Below are positions 31,612-49,632 of a stretch of 64,000 nucleotides of DNA, in pieces. Position 1 is the first letter of the stretch, and each line of letters opens with the position of its first letter. The position numbers were made by a program, and so were the translations under genes. A model generated the notes under the pieces. It did not search any database, was not told the DNA's origin, and was given only the letters and a program-made list of their open reading frames with translations. The stretch comes from the human T2T-CHM13v2.0 reference genome, Homo sapiens. The stretch lies in assembly GCF_009914755.1 (NCBI RefSeq), contig NC_060932.1; one strand, given 5' to 3'.

Positions 31612-32500
31612 CATTCATCCACTCTATAAACACTTATTGAGCAACTACTATGGACGGTGTATAAGATAAAGAATGCTTCTCTTCTCTCTCATGGAGTTTA
31701 TATTTTACTAGGAAAAATAGAGTACAAGCAAATAAGCAAGAAAAATAACAGATAATGAGAATTTTTATAGAGGTGACAATTTTTATAAAGGTGATCCCTT
31801 AAACTGAGGGGTTATCTTAAATTAGATGATCGAGAAAGAGCTCCCACAGGAGATAACACTTAAGCTGAGATCTAAAATTTAAAAGAAGCCATCCATCAAA
31901 GGTTGGCAGGAAGAACACTCCAGCCAGAAAGGCCAGGCAGTACAAAAGCTTCAAGGCAGAGCAAGCATGGTGATGTTTCAAAACCGGGAAGATGGTGGCC
32001 ATGCCGGGTGTATGCTGGGCAAAGGGATTGTGGCTCAAGATGAAAGTAGGACAAGAGAGAGGCAGAGGTCAGTTCAGACTTTGAAATCCAGGGTGAGACT
32101 CTTGACTTTTATCCTAAGTGTGTTGGAAAAGGAGCTGGAGGGTTTACAGCAGGGATGTGACATGACCTGGCTTCAGATTTAACAAGAATACTCTGCTGCT
32201 GTGAGAGAATGAGGTGCAGCAGGACTTATCGCAGGCAGAGCATGTGGGAGCTTTTATGGCCAGTCTTGGCCAGAGAAGGTACTGTTTTAGAGCAGGGCTA
32301 CAGCAGGGAGGTGATGAGAAGGGGTCCCATCCAGGCTATTTGAGGAGTGGCATTGACAAGTCTCGCTGCTGGCTGGGGTGGAGGTAGGGGGATGGCGAGG
32401 GAAGGACAGGAATAACTTTTGCGTTTGGAACTTGAATGACTGGGTGGATGGAGGTGCTGTTTTCAGAAATAGGAAAGACTGAAAGGAGACCAGTCTTTTT
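31612..32500 (-). mobile_element. L2 fragment
   Basis: aaacacttattgagcaactacta..., aagctgagatctaaa, gactttgaaatccagggtgag...ttttatcctaag, ggatgtgacatgacctgg. Confidence 0.8.
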
Positions 32501-33204
32501 TGGCATTTGCATGGGTAGAGGGAGTGAGGGTGGGAGTCATTTGCATGCGCCAAGTGGTTAATACTAAGTAGCTAAACACAGTTGTCTTAAACTCTGGGTA
32601 GCAGCTTCTTTCATTGGCCTGATATGTAGATGTGTCAAGAAAACAGTCACCGTCGCAACAGCTTTTTTGAACATGGCCAAGATTACAACTGCTTCTTAAA
32701 TAAGTTCACAGGATCAAGTATTTGGTAGGGTTTTCTTTTACAGCCTTATGTGCAACGAAGTACATAAGGAATGCCTTTTCATGAGAGCAATAGTGATAAT
32801 TCATTGGGGAAAGCCGACATTTATCTTATAAACCACAACAGTGTGATGATGTGTGTAACTGCTGGTTTATTGTCTGTCTCTATCACTAGAACGTAAACTC
32901 CCCAGAGGCAGGGCCTTATCTGAAAGGTGGAGAGATGAAGACAAAGAAGTCAGGGACCTCAGGATCTAAGGGAAGAAAAAAGTTGGTGAGTTTCTTTTAG
33001 CATCATAGACCTGAGACTAGTAGCTGAAGAAGTAGCTAACCCAGAAACGCAAACAGGTGCAGACAAAAAAAAATTTCCCCCCAAACCTGCTCTCTATAGC
33101 CAAAGGAGCAAGAAAGGAGAAGCCTAGCAAGACAGAAAACTTGTAGACAATAACCATGGTACTCCAGCCAAACATGCGGAAAAACTACAGCCTCACCCCA
33201 TCCA

Positions 33205-33570
33205 TGGTATTAAGGACTAAATATTTGTGTTCCCCCCAAAAAGGAATATGTTGAAATTCTAATACTGTGATGGCATTTGTTGGCAGGGCTTTTGGAAAGT
33301 AATTAGAATTAGATAGAGTCATGAGGCTGGAGTATTTATCAATAGGGTTAGTGCCCTTGGAAGAGCTTGCTGGCTTCTCTGCACCACGTGAGGATACAGC
33401 AGGAAATGGGCCATCTGCAATCCGGAAGAGTCCTCATTGGAACCCGGTGATGCTGGCACTGTGACCTCAGGGTTCCAACCTTGGAACCATGAGAAATAAC
33501 TTCTGTTGTTTATAAGCCACTCAGTCTATGGTAATTTGTTATAGCAGCCTGAAATGACTAAGACACACAC
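33205..33570 (+). mobile_element. MLT1A-like LTR
   Basis: tttgtgttcccccc...gtgaggatacagc...ttctgttgtttataagccactcagtctatggtaatttgttatagcagcctgaaatgactaagaca. Confidence 0.85.
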
Positions 33571-34175
33571 CAGTACATCCAAGTGGAGAGCCAGACTTCC
33601 ACCCACACGAGACTGTCTCAAGGTGCTCCAACACCTCCCCTGTAGGGAGCATCTGAGACAGTCAAACAGAGCCTGTCATAAGGCCACCTCGTGGTATCTG
33701 TGGAGAATGTCAGGAGAGTCTTGCCTTTCTCCTCCACCAGCAATAACAAAGCGCCTGTCCTCCTACCATCTGGGTGGCGTCAGAGGGATATTCTAGTGGA
33801 GACTCGGGACTTTCAAGATTTACCATCAACAATGAGGTCAGCTCTACCTCAGTATCAGTGGAGACCACAAACACAGCTGAAAATTCCTCTTCCATCCAAC
33901 CGTAACAAGGAGCATCCCCACCCCCAAACTTGGGTGTCAATGAAGGATGGGTGGAGAACCTGGATTTCTTCCTCTACCTGGCAGTAAGAGACTCCTGTTT
34001 TCCTACTGAAGTAGTGTTGAAAAACAAAACAAAACAAAACACAGCTCAAACAGAAGGTTTAAATAAGATCCAGGGGCTCACAACATAGTAAAAAAATATC
34101 CAGGTTTCGAAAGAAAAACACTCATCATACCAATAAGCAGGAATAATTGTAAATGAATTAAAAAGTAGAATCAAA

Positions 34176-34316
34176 CTAAGCATGATGGCTCATGCCTGTA
34201 ATCCCAGCACTTTGGGAGGCCGAGGCAGAAGAATGGCTTGAGCCTAGGAGTTCAAGACGAGCCTGGGCAACATAGCAAGACCTCATCTGTACGACAAACA
34301 AACAAACAAACAAAAA
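34176..34316 (+). mobile_element. FLAM/AluJ left monomer with (AAAC)n tail
   Basis: Single Alu arm followed by tail. Confidence 0.85.
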
Positions 34317-35399
34317 TAGAATCGACAGATGTCAACATTGAGATGACAGAAATGTTGAAATTATCTGACAAGGATTTTAAAGCAGTCATTGTAAAAATAT
34401 TTCAAGAACACACTTGAAACAAATTAAAAAATAGAAGGCCCAGCAAAGAAATAGAAGATATAAAGAAAAAACAAACAGAAATTTTAGAACTAAAAAATAC
34501 AATAACTGAAATAAAATTATCCATGATGGGCTTAATAGCAGAATAGAGGGTATGAAAGAATAATGCAGTGAGCTGAAGGAACAGTAGATGTTATGCAATC
34601 TAAACAAGACAGAGAAAATAAACTAGAATTCAATTAACAGAGTTTCAGGGACCTGTGGTCTCTAACAGAACAGTAACATTCAGGTCATTGGTGTTCCAAG
34701 AAAAGAAGAAGGACGATGGGGCTGAAAATGTATTTAAAGAAATAATGGCAGAAAACAGAAATCTACAGATTTAAGAGCCTAAGTGTAACTCAAACACACA
34801 CCCCCACAAAGTTCCATGCACAGACACGTCATAATTAGACTTCTGAAAATTAGAGGAAATGAAAAAGTAAACCTTGAAATCAGCAGAAGAGAAATAAGAT
34901 CTCACCTACAGGAGAAAAACAATTAGAATGGCAGCATAGTTCTTATCAGAAATCTTAGAGCCAGAAGGAAGTGGCACAAGGCTGGTTCATGTTTTGAAAA
35001 ATCTGTTAATGTAATCCACCTTCTTAACAGGCTAAAGAAGAGAAAGTATATGATTATATCAATCAATGCACCGAAAAGGCATTTGACAAAATTCAGCATC
35101 TGTCTGATAAAAACCCTCAGAAAATTAATAATAGAAAGAAATTTCCTCAACTTGATAAAGATTATCTGTAAAAAGCCTGCAGCTAACATTACACTTACTT
35201 AATGGTAATGAATTGTTAGCAGTGTAGGGAATTAGAGGCAGTAGAATTGCAGAGTGCCCGTAGCTGAAGGAGTGACTTAAAGGCCGCCTAATTATCCTTC
35301 TCACTTTTTAGGCAGAAAACCAGCGTCTAGAGCTCTCTAATATCACGACAGTGCCAGATGCACGTTTCCACATTCTCAACAACTGTTTTTCTTCATCTA

Positions 35400-35807
<408 letters not shown>

Positions 35808-35854
35808 CTATGAGAAATATTAGACTATAAGTCCCTGGAGGGTAAAATTTCTGC

Positions 35855-36012
35855 TTTTTGTTTTTTTGTTGTTGTTGTTTTTTAGAGACAGGGTCTTGCT
35901 ATTTTGCTCAGGCTGGATTCGAACTCCCGAACTTAGGGATCCTCCCACCTCAGCCTCCGGATTACAAAGATTACAGGCACTGGGATTATAGGCACCTGCC
36001 TCGAAATTCAGC
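35855..36012 (-). mobile_element. Alu monomer (FAM/FLAM-like)
   Basis: agagacagggtcttgct...gaactcc...gggattataggcac. Confidence 0.75.
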
Positions 36013-37229
36013 TTTGGTATTCATTGTGTATACCATCTAGCTCAGTCCCATGTGTGGTCATTGAATACACTCACATTTGAATGGATAATATGAGCATTTA
36101 TCCCTTCTTTCTTAAGGCGAGTGCTGGTGATTTTTCTTGATGAGGGCCTGCATGACATTTGCATTTCTCAGAAGGGAGTAGCTACACAGAGATAGTTCTG
36201 GGCAGAACTGCCAAGCAAAACTTTTGGATGAGCCCTGGCCTGTGCACTCGGCAGGTTCGCTTTCTCACAGTCAGCTCATCCAGGGGCAGTTTGATCTCCT
36301 CCCGAGCAGGGTTCTTAAAGCTAAGGGGTGGTTCCACACTGCTGGCAGAAAGGCATTTTTCTCCTAACTGCCTACTTTTTAACTGATTGACTTAGGGTCC
36401 AACCAATTTGCAGCACAGTGACAAGCAGGAAAAAAAAAAAAAAAGCACATAGTCACACGTATACACATTTTACAAATTTGCTAAGGACACTGTTTGAAGT
36501 TGATTTCTACTTGGACATTCCAAGCCAACTGAGAGCCTCTCAGGTGTTTTGACATCCACGGGCATAACTGCTAATTATCGACTTTGATTTGAGTCTTTTT
36601 TAATTCCCTCAAAGCTATCGGCTCATGCAACTTCTCTGAGAATTTGAAATGCATCATCCAGGTGAGTTTGAAAGGGGGTCACCGTCCTCAAGAAAACAAG
36701 CGTATGAATAGTCCTCGTGGAAAAAAAAATCTCACACTTTCCAGATATCAGATCTTAAAGGATAAGAAGCCTTAAAATTATTTACGGTGATTGGTGTGAG
36801 ATTTTTAAAGCCTGGCTATGTCTGTGACTATCAGAGGGCCCAGCCTCTTCACCCACTCTGGGAGCACAAAGTGACAGAGATATGGGGCAACACAAATATG
36901 AAATGGAAATGATGCTTGTGATTGCCATCTGGCAATACTTATTACACGACGTAGCCCAGAACGTCACAGAACAAATCACTTAGCCCAAGAAAAGCATTCA
37001 GATCAGGAGCAGCTGGTTGGGGTGTGTGTTTCCCCATTACAAAACTCACAGAGTTCGGTGAGTCCTGATTGGTACCTCCCACTGTGTGTGGTTCCTCCCA
37101 GGGGAAGCAGGTTAAGGAAGGGTAGACAAATAAGCATCAACTTCTTATCCCATGAGCAAGCTAGCCAGGGGTCCTTTTGTACATGAAAAGCAACCTGTCC
37201 CTTTTTTTCTTCTAGTTTCAGAAAATTAT

Positions 37230-37390
37230 TTTAGGAATGAGCTCTCACTATGTCACCCAGGATAGAGTGCAGTGGCTCTCCATATGCATGATCATAGTGC
37301 ACTACAGCCTGGAACTCCCAGCCTCAAGCAATCCTCCAGCCTCAGCCTCTCAAGTAGCTGGGATTACAGGTGCACACCACTATGCCCATC
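37230..37390 (-). mobile_element. Alu monomer (FAM/FRAM-like)
   Basis: gagtgcagtggct...cactacagcctggaactcc...gctgggattacaggtgc. Confidence 0.8.
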
Positions 37391-37515
37391 CCGTTCCTTT
37401 TTGTAATCCCCAAAGCAACTATTGCTAAAGAAAGATGTCTGTGAAAGAGACAGCTCCAGCCAGGACGGTAGTTCGGAGTGTCTGGGCTCAGTTTCCAATC
37501 GCAGATGATTGCAAA

Positions 37516-37800
37516 GCATTCCTTCTCCCCTTCATCTTCCAAACTCCTGGATGATGAGCTAGTATAGTAGAGGAAGATGAAACTGGTGGACTGCTGCCCA
37601 GACAGAAAATCTTAAAGGACCATATTGCCCTTTGCTGAGGCTCCATTACCACTGAGATGCATTCCTTCACCCATTCATCTTCCAAACTCCCAAATGATGA
37701 GGTAATATAATAGAGGAAGATGAGATCGGTGGACTGCTGCCCAGACAAAATCTTAGAGGCCCATATTGCCCTTTGCTCAGGCTCCGTTACCACTGAGATG
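37516..37800. repeat. Tandem duplication, 2 x ~143 bp
   Basis: 37516-37658 versus 37659-37799: about 15 substitutions and a 2-bp indel. Confidence 0.95.
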
Positions 37801-38537
37801 ACTGGAACCTTGGATGGTAGCTGGTTTCACAGTGAGGGCCTTTGATGTGGTGCACAACTGTTTCTTTGAAACCATCATAGTGCATTCCTTTTTTTTTTTT
37901 TTTTTTTTTCAGAGAAACACAGCAGAAGGCATAGCAAGTCCATGCCCATCCCTTCTTCCCAGAGGTAACATTAAGCTGGTGAATATTTCAGCAGCCCTCT
38001 GGCCATGTCTCCTTTGACTTCTGCACAGGACTAAACAAGTGAGAACAAAATCAGAAAAAAAGTTAGTGCACACACAGACCTTGTCTTCTGTGATAACTCA
38101 GAAAAAAATAGAATGTGAGGAGTAGAATTACGCAAAAGCACTGACTCATTTTTAAAAACTTTTTCTGTGTATTTCATATCAAACTATAATTTATTAACAT
38201 GGCAGTACACAAATCACAAGTAGCTAAGTGGATTTTGACAAATGCACACTGCTGTAACAATCTTCCAGTTAGTCATTATTTTTAAGTGCTCAGATTTCTA
38301 AAAGCAACATTAATGGGCTAACCTAGTTTCTCCATTGTTCTCAACTGAACCTGTAATTTTTTTTCTTGAAAAGTCAGATCTTGGAGAAGTTGATAAACAG
38401 AGAAGGGATAACAACCTCCTGTTTCTTCATTGGACAAGAGTTTTATGAGTTTGAGCTAGGTAAGAACCCACCCTTCAGAGAGAAATCAAATCTTTGAGTA
38501 AGCCAAAGTTTCTTTAACTTTCGGTATTACAGAAATC

Positions 38538-38840
<303 letters not shown>

Positions 38841-39075
38841 AGTTTTTGGTATTATAGAAATCTTGAAGCAAGTCTTTAAAAAAAAAATACTCTTTCTACT
38901 TTTTAATTGAATTTCCGATAATTTTTATTTGACCAATTTCCTCCCCCCAACCTATTAAGAAAACAAAACTGTGACCTTAAAAAGAAAAGTCTGAAGAGCT
39001 CTGAATGCTACTAATTTCAAAAAGAAATATTATTTTTGATGTGTAATTTTGATTCAATATGGCATTGAATTTTAG

Positions 39076-39228
39076 GCAGTGCTTTCTAAATCCGAAAACA
39101 TTAGGCTTATTTGAGGCAGTTATTAAAAATGTAGCCCCACCTTAAGCCAGTCAAATTAGAATCTCTGAGAAGTTGTATTACACCAGATGATTCTGAAATC
39201 AGGGCTCCTAGAACAGTTTGAGAAACTC
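39076..39228. mobile_element. MER5-like fragment
   Basis: cagtgctttctaaa...agaatctctg...ccagatgattctga...gtttgagaaac. Confidence 0.55.
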
Positions 39229-39305
39229 AAAGTTAAGAGGACATAGGCAACAGGCCTAATGAATATCTAGAAGTGCCTAAAACTATACAAAAGTATTGTG
39301 TTTTT

Positions 39306-39500
39306 CCTTTTTTTTTTTTTTTTTTCTTTTTGAGACAGAGTCTCACTCTGTCACCCAGGATGGCGTGAAGTGGCACAATCTTGGCTCACTGCAACCTCTG
39401 CCTCCCAGGTTCAACTGATTCTCCTCGTGCCTCAGCCTCCCGACTAGCTGGGACTACTGGTGCTGGCTACCACACCTGGCTATTTTTTTTTTTTTTTTTT

Positions 39501-39556
<56 letters not shown>

Positions 39557-39696
39557 TCCTTTTTTTTTGTATTTTTAGTAGAGACGGGGTTCTACCATGG
39601 TGGCCTGGCTGGTCTCGAACTCCTGACCTCAGGTGATCCACCCGCCTCAGCCTCCCAAAGTGCAGGGATTATAGGCGTGAGCCTCTGCACCTGGCT
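39306..39696 (-). mobile_element. AluSx-like with (TTTC)n expansion in the central linker
   Basis: Both arms present; linker 39483-39570 expanded to polyT plus ~14 TTTC units. Confidence 0.92.
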
Positions 39697-39799
39697 TCTT
39701 TCCTTTTTAATTACATCAGTGTCACCTTGATGGGTAGGCTCTGGTCATGGTCAGCTGTGCAGTCCACGGTTTGAAATCACTCAAGGGCAACATGATTAT

Positions 39800-40067
39800 A
39801 GGGTTAACTTTCAGCCTCATACACCAGACTTAAATCCCAACTCTACCGCTTACTCGCTGTGTGACCTTGGGCAAGTTGCTGACCTCTCTGTACCTTCATT
39901 CTTTCATCTATTAAAATGAGAGTGACATTTTTGGAATCTGTTAATAAATTTTTTTACAACTTATTCAGGATTCTGGAACTCATTCTGAGTTCTTGATCCT
40001 TATCAGGATCAAAGAGGGGCGAGGATAACACCTACTTCATGAACTGTTAACAATTAAATGAGTGAAT

Positions 40068-40068
<1 letters not shown>
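39800..40068 (+). mobile_element. MIR (interrupted)
   Basis: ccgcttactcgctgtgtgaccttgggcaagttgctgacctctctgtacct...aattaaatgag. Confidence 0.85.
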
Positions 40069-41027
<959 letters not shown>

Positions 41028-41669
41028 TATGTAAAACACAGTGCTGCCAGGCACATAGTGACTGTTCTAGAAGTGTTTGTTAAATGAAGAATATCTGATG
41101 GAGTTTGTAGGGAGGCCAGATCCCATCTGCAGGGAGCTATACAACCCAGTAGAAAGCAGATAGACTGGGTAGTTCCAATGTCCTTCTGATGAAGGAGACC
41201 GGGGTCCAGGATGAAGGGAACTGCAGTGGGTCAAGGCAGATCTGGTGGGTGGAATCTCAGGTCTCGGGCCTTCTTACAAGCACTGATGCTGCTTTCACCA
41301 GGGTCAGAGGTGTCGGTGGGAGGGGCTGGTGCCGTGTGACAATCTGGTGCCTGATCCAGCTAAGGACCCAAATTACCAGGAGGGCTTTAGAAATATTTGC
41401 TGAGGCGTATTTCTCAGCCTCACCTCAGAACTTCTAAATCAGTTTTTCCAGAGCTAGAAGCAGACATCTGTATCCTTAAGCAGCTTCCAACACCAGTCGG
41501 CAGGTAGTATTTGGGTTCTACTCTCATCATGGAAAGAACTCTTTCTTTGGAGTAGGACCAGCCTGGCTCCAAATCCAGCTACATGGCCCTGGGGTAGGTG
41601 ACTGAAAGTCAGTGAGCCTGAGTTTCTTCCCCTGTAAAATGAGGATGGTAACTCCAACCTTGGGGCCTC

Positions 41670-41670
41670 C

Positions 41671-41703
<33 letters not shown>

Positions 41704-41985
41704 GAGACAAATTCTCACTCTGTCACCCAGGTTGTAGTGTAATGGCACGATCTCGGCTCACTGCAACCTCCGCCTCCCAGTTTCGAACAATTTTCCTGCT
41801 TCAGCCTCCTGAGTAGCTGAGATTACAGGCATGTACCACCATGCCTGGCTCATTTTTGTATTTTTAGTAGAGGCGAGATTTCACCATGTTAGCCAGGCTG
41901 GTCCCAAACCCCTGACCTCAAGTGCTCCACCTACCTGGGCCTCCCAAAATGCTGGGATTACAGGCATGACCCACTGTGCCCAGCC
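41670..41985 (-). mobile_element. AluSx-like
   Basis: Full reverse Alu. Confidence 0.92.
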
Positions 41986-43249
41986 CAGGTCTCATCTTTG
42001 AGAATAAACTAGAGTGAACGTAAATTGTCAGATCCAATATCTGGTATGTTGTAGACATCCAATACACGTTGGGCCGACCTTCCTTCTTGTTGGTTCAGCT
42101 CTGACTGCTATTTCCACATTCTTCCTTTATCTGTGAAAGTGGCATTCGTCCAGAAGGGATTGGATTCTTTTCCAGCAGGGTGGAAAGTTAGAGCCAATCC
42201 GCTCACCTTCCTTCTCCTCCTCCTCCCACTGGCTGGGCTCACAGGTTTGGTGTAGAACATACGAATGCAAGGGCACCCGGGCAAGGGCCAGGAGCACTCA
42301 GCCTGGTCTCACTGTCCTTGTGGTTTCTGTGACGCAGGGACACCTGCCACAGGCTGCATTGTTGGTTCGAATGGGAACGGGAAGGAAGCATTCCTCCCTT
42401 GGGTCTGATGTCAGCCTTCCTTGGGAACTTGATCTGGAGCCCCTGGAGCTTTTGCAGATGCTATCGGTGGGCTGAGTAAATGCACACAGGCCAGGTGGGG
42501 AGCGCGGGTGCCAGAGCTCAGGTGGTCACTGCCTCGCGGGCATCCTCCACCACCAGCTGCATCTTTCCCAGGGTCATCCGCAGGCCCTCCAGGCTACATC
42601 TGTTCGCCACTGTTCGGAATGCAGGCCCCAGGTCCCTGAGCAATGAGTCTACAGGATGATGAACTGTCCTTAGTGAGAAGACCGTTCAGCCTTCTTCCTT
42701 TCCTCCCCTTCCATCTCTGACACTTGGTCCAAAACTGCCTCTCTTCCTGTTCCTTTCCAGTCTCTCCTCCAACTCCCACCCCATCTCCAAGTTGAAGCTT
42801 CTCTCCAGTTTGCTTTGGGTTATTCCCAGCCTTTCTCCTTCATGTTATTGCTGGACCTGTGCTAAAGGCTCGGCAAACAGGAAAGCCTCCCTTTCTAGTG
42901 GCAAAGCCATAACCCTCTGATAAAAGTAATTTCCCTCTGATTCCCTGGTTGTTAACTTGCAAAAAGATGTCAGTTTCCTGGCAGACTGAGATGAAGTCCC
43001 AGATGGCTTCCCTTCTGTTCCCCTTGACTGGGCTTGGCCTCAGTCAGTGTCCAGAGCTTCTTGAAGTTCAGTCCTGACCATTAGAAGGCAAGCATCGTAT
43101 GATCTGTCATCAAGGTGCTTTCAAGTCAAGTGGAATTTTCCTAAACTTTCAAGTCTGTTCCATTGCTGTCATCCACGCTGATTGAAGAATGTGGACAGCT
43201 ATGCTGGATTGGAGAGAGCTGAAGGGCAGTTCATGAACACGTGGACTGT

Positions 43250-43440
43250 ATTACCTGACATTTCTTGAGTGCTTACTCTGTGTCCAGCTCTGTTGTGTTA
43301 TATATGAATGAATTCATTTACTATTTTCAACATTCAAGGAATTAGGTACTATTAGAATTAGGTATAATCCTAATTTTATGGATGACAATATTGAGACATG
43401 GAGGAATTAAATAATTTGAACAAGATCTCAAAGCTTGGAA
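43250..43440 (-). mobile_element. MIR
   Basis: catttcttgagtgcttactctgtg...cctaattttatggatga...aagatctca. Confidence 0.7.
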
Positions 43441-43795
43441 GCAGCAGCAGCAATCAGAAACCAAATTGAATGTCCCCAGAGCCAGGGCTCGTAGTCGCCA
43501 TGCTGGGCTGGGCTCTACTTTGCATTTTTGCAGCTGAGACACCACTGAGTCTTAGAGTTCCTGAGACCCTAGGAATAGCCAGGGAAGTAGAAGGTACCAA
43601 GTTTATGGGGCACCAAGTTACCCTGCCTCTACCTGCCTTCCCCAGTATCTGCTGCAACCACAGCCCTTCTGCTTTTATCTGGTATAGATGATGGACATCC
43701 ATACAAGTCTTAACTTGAAAGGGGGGATCCGAGGGAAGTATGTGGCTCATCAGACTGGGTTCCATCGGAAAGGAACTGTTAGATTTGTGTTCCTA

Positions 43796-44242
<447 letters not shown>

Positions 44243-44724
44243 AACGAGCATAGAGAGAGGAAGAGTGTGACCAAGTGGCCAAAGGCGGCCAGCATGATTC
44301 TGGAAGTGACCCTGCGCTCACTGCGCTCCTCAACCAACGAGCTCCATAGGTTTCAGGGGCCTCACTTGCAAACTCTAGGGTTCGGATTACAAAACCTCAA
44401 GTTCTAGTACACCTTTAAGTTTCTGTGTGTCAACAGTCAGGATGCCAGAACCGGGAGCCAGCTCAGCATCGGAGGTGTCAATCACATCTCTTTTTTTTTT
44501 TTTTTTTAATTTTTTTTTTATTATACTTTAAGTTTTAGGGTACATGTGCACATTGTGCAGGTTAGTTACATATGTATACATGTGCCATGCTGGTGCGCTG
44601 CACCCACCAACGTGTCATCTATCATTAGATGTATCTCCCACTGCTATCCCTCCCCACTCCCCCGACCCCACCACCGTCCCCAGAGTGTGATATTCCCCTT
44701 CCTGTGTCCTTGTGATCTCATTGT

Positions 44725-48579
<3,855 letters not shown>

Positions 48580-48615
48580 TTAGTTGATGCAGTTTCTTCC
48601 TAGTCTCCATGGTCT

Positions 48616-49632
48616 TTACATTTTGGCATGATTTTGCAGCGGCTGGTACCGGTTGTTCCTTTCCATGTTTAGCGCTTCCTTCAGGAGCTCTTTTAGGGCA
48701 GGCCTGGTGTTGACAAAATCTCTCAGCATTTGCTTGTCTATAAAGTATTTTATTTCTCCTTCACTTATGAAGCTTAGTTTGGCTGGATATGAAATTCTGG
48801 GTTGAAAATTCTTTTCTTTAAGAATGTTGAATATTGGCCCCCACTCTCTCCTGGCTTGTAGGGTTTCTGCTGAGAGATCAGCTGTTAGTCTGATGGGCTT
48901 TCCTTTGAGGGTAACCCGACCTTTCTCTCTGGCTGCCCTTAACATTTTTTCCTTCATTTCAACTTTGGTGAATCTGACAATTATGTGTCTTGGAGTTGCT
49001 CTTCTCGAGGAGTATCTTTGTGGCGTTCTCTGTATTTCCTGAATCTGAACGTTGGCCTGCCTTGCTAGATTGGGGAAGTTCTCCTGGATAATATCCTGCA
49101 GAGTGTTTTCCAACTTGGTTCCATTCTCCACATCACTTTCAGGTACACCAGTCAGACGTAGATTTGGTCTTTTCACATAGTCCCATATTTCTTGGAGGCT
49201 TTGCTCATTTCTTTTTATTCTTTTTTCTCTAAACTTCCCTTCTCGCTTCATTTCATTCATTTCATCTTCCATTGCTGATACCCTTTCTTCCAGTTGATCG
49301 CATTGGCTCCTGAGGCTTCTGCATTCTTCACGTAGTTCTCAAGCCTTGGTTTTCAGCCCCATCAGCTCCTTTAAGCACTTCTCTGTATTGGTTATTCTAG
49401 TTATACAGTCTTCTAAATTTTTTTCAAAGTTTTCAACTTCTTTGCCTTTGGTTTGAATGTCCTCCCGTAGCTCAGAGTAATTTGATCGTCTGAAGCCTTC
49501 TTCTGTCAGCTCGTCAAAATCATTCTCCATCCAGCTTTGTTCCGTTGCTGGTGAGGAACTGCGTTCCTTTGGAGGAGGAGAGGCGCTCTGCGTTTTAGAG
49601 TTTCCAGTTTTTCTGTTCTGTTTTTTCCCCAT
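48616..49632 (-). pseudogene. L1 ORF1p (338 codons) with one premature stop R98* (TGA at 49339-49341)
   Basis: MGKKQNRKTGNSKTQ start; REKG, ARREW and YPAKLS motifs; 1017-nt span in one frame; GCT TGA GAA replaces GCT CGA GAA. Confidence 0.97.

Larger units (their letters stand above)
32920..35215 (+). mobile_element. Old L1M 5'/ORF1/ORF2 fragments, interrupted by MLT1A and an Alu monomer
   Basis: gagatgacagaaatgttgaaattatctgacaaggattttaaagcag (ORF1-like); aaaaggcatttgacaaaattcagcatc (RT-like). Confidence 0.7.
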
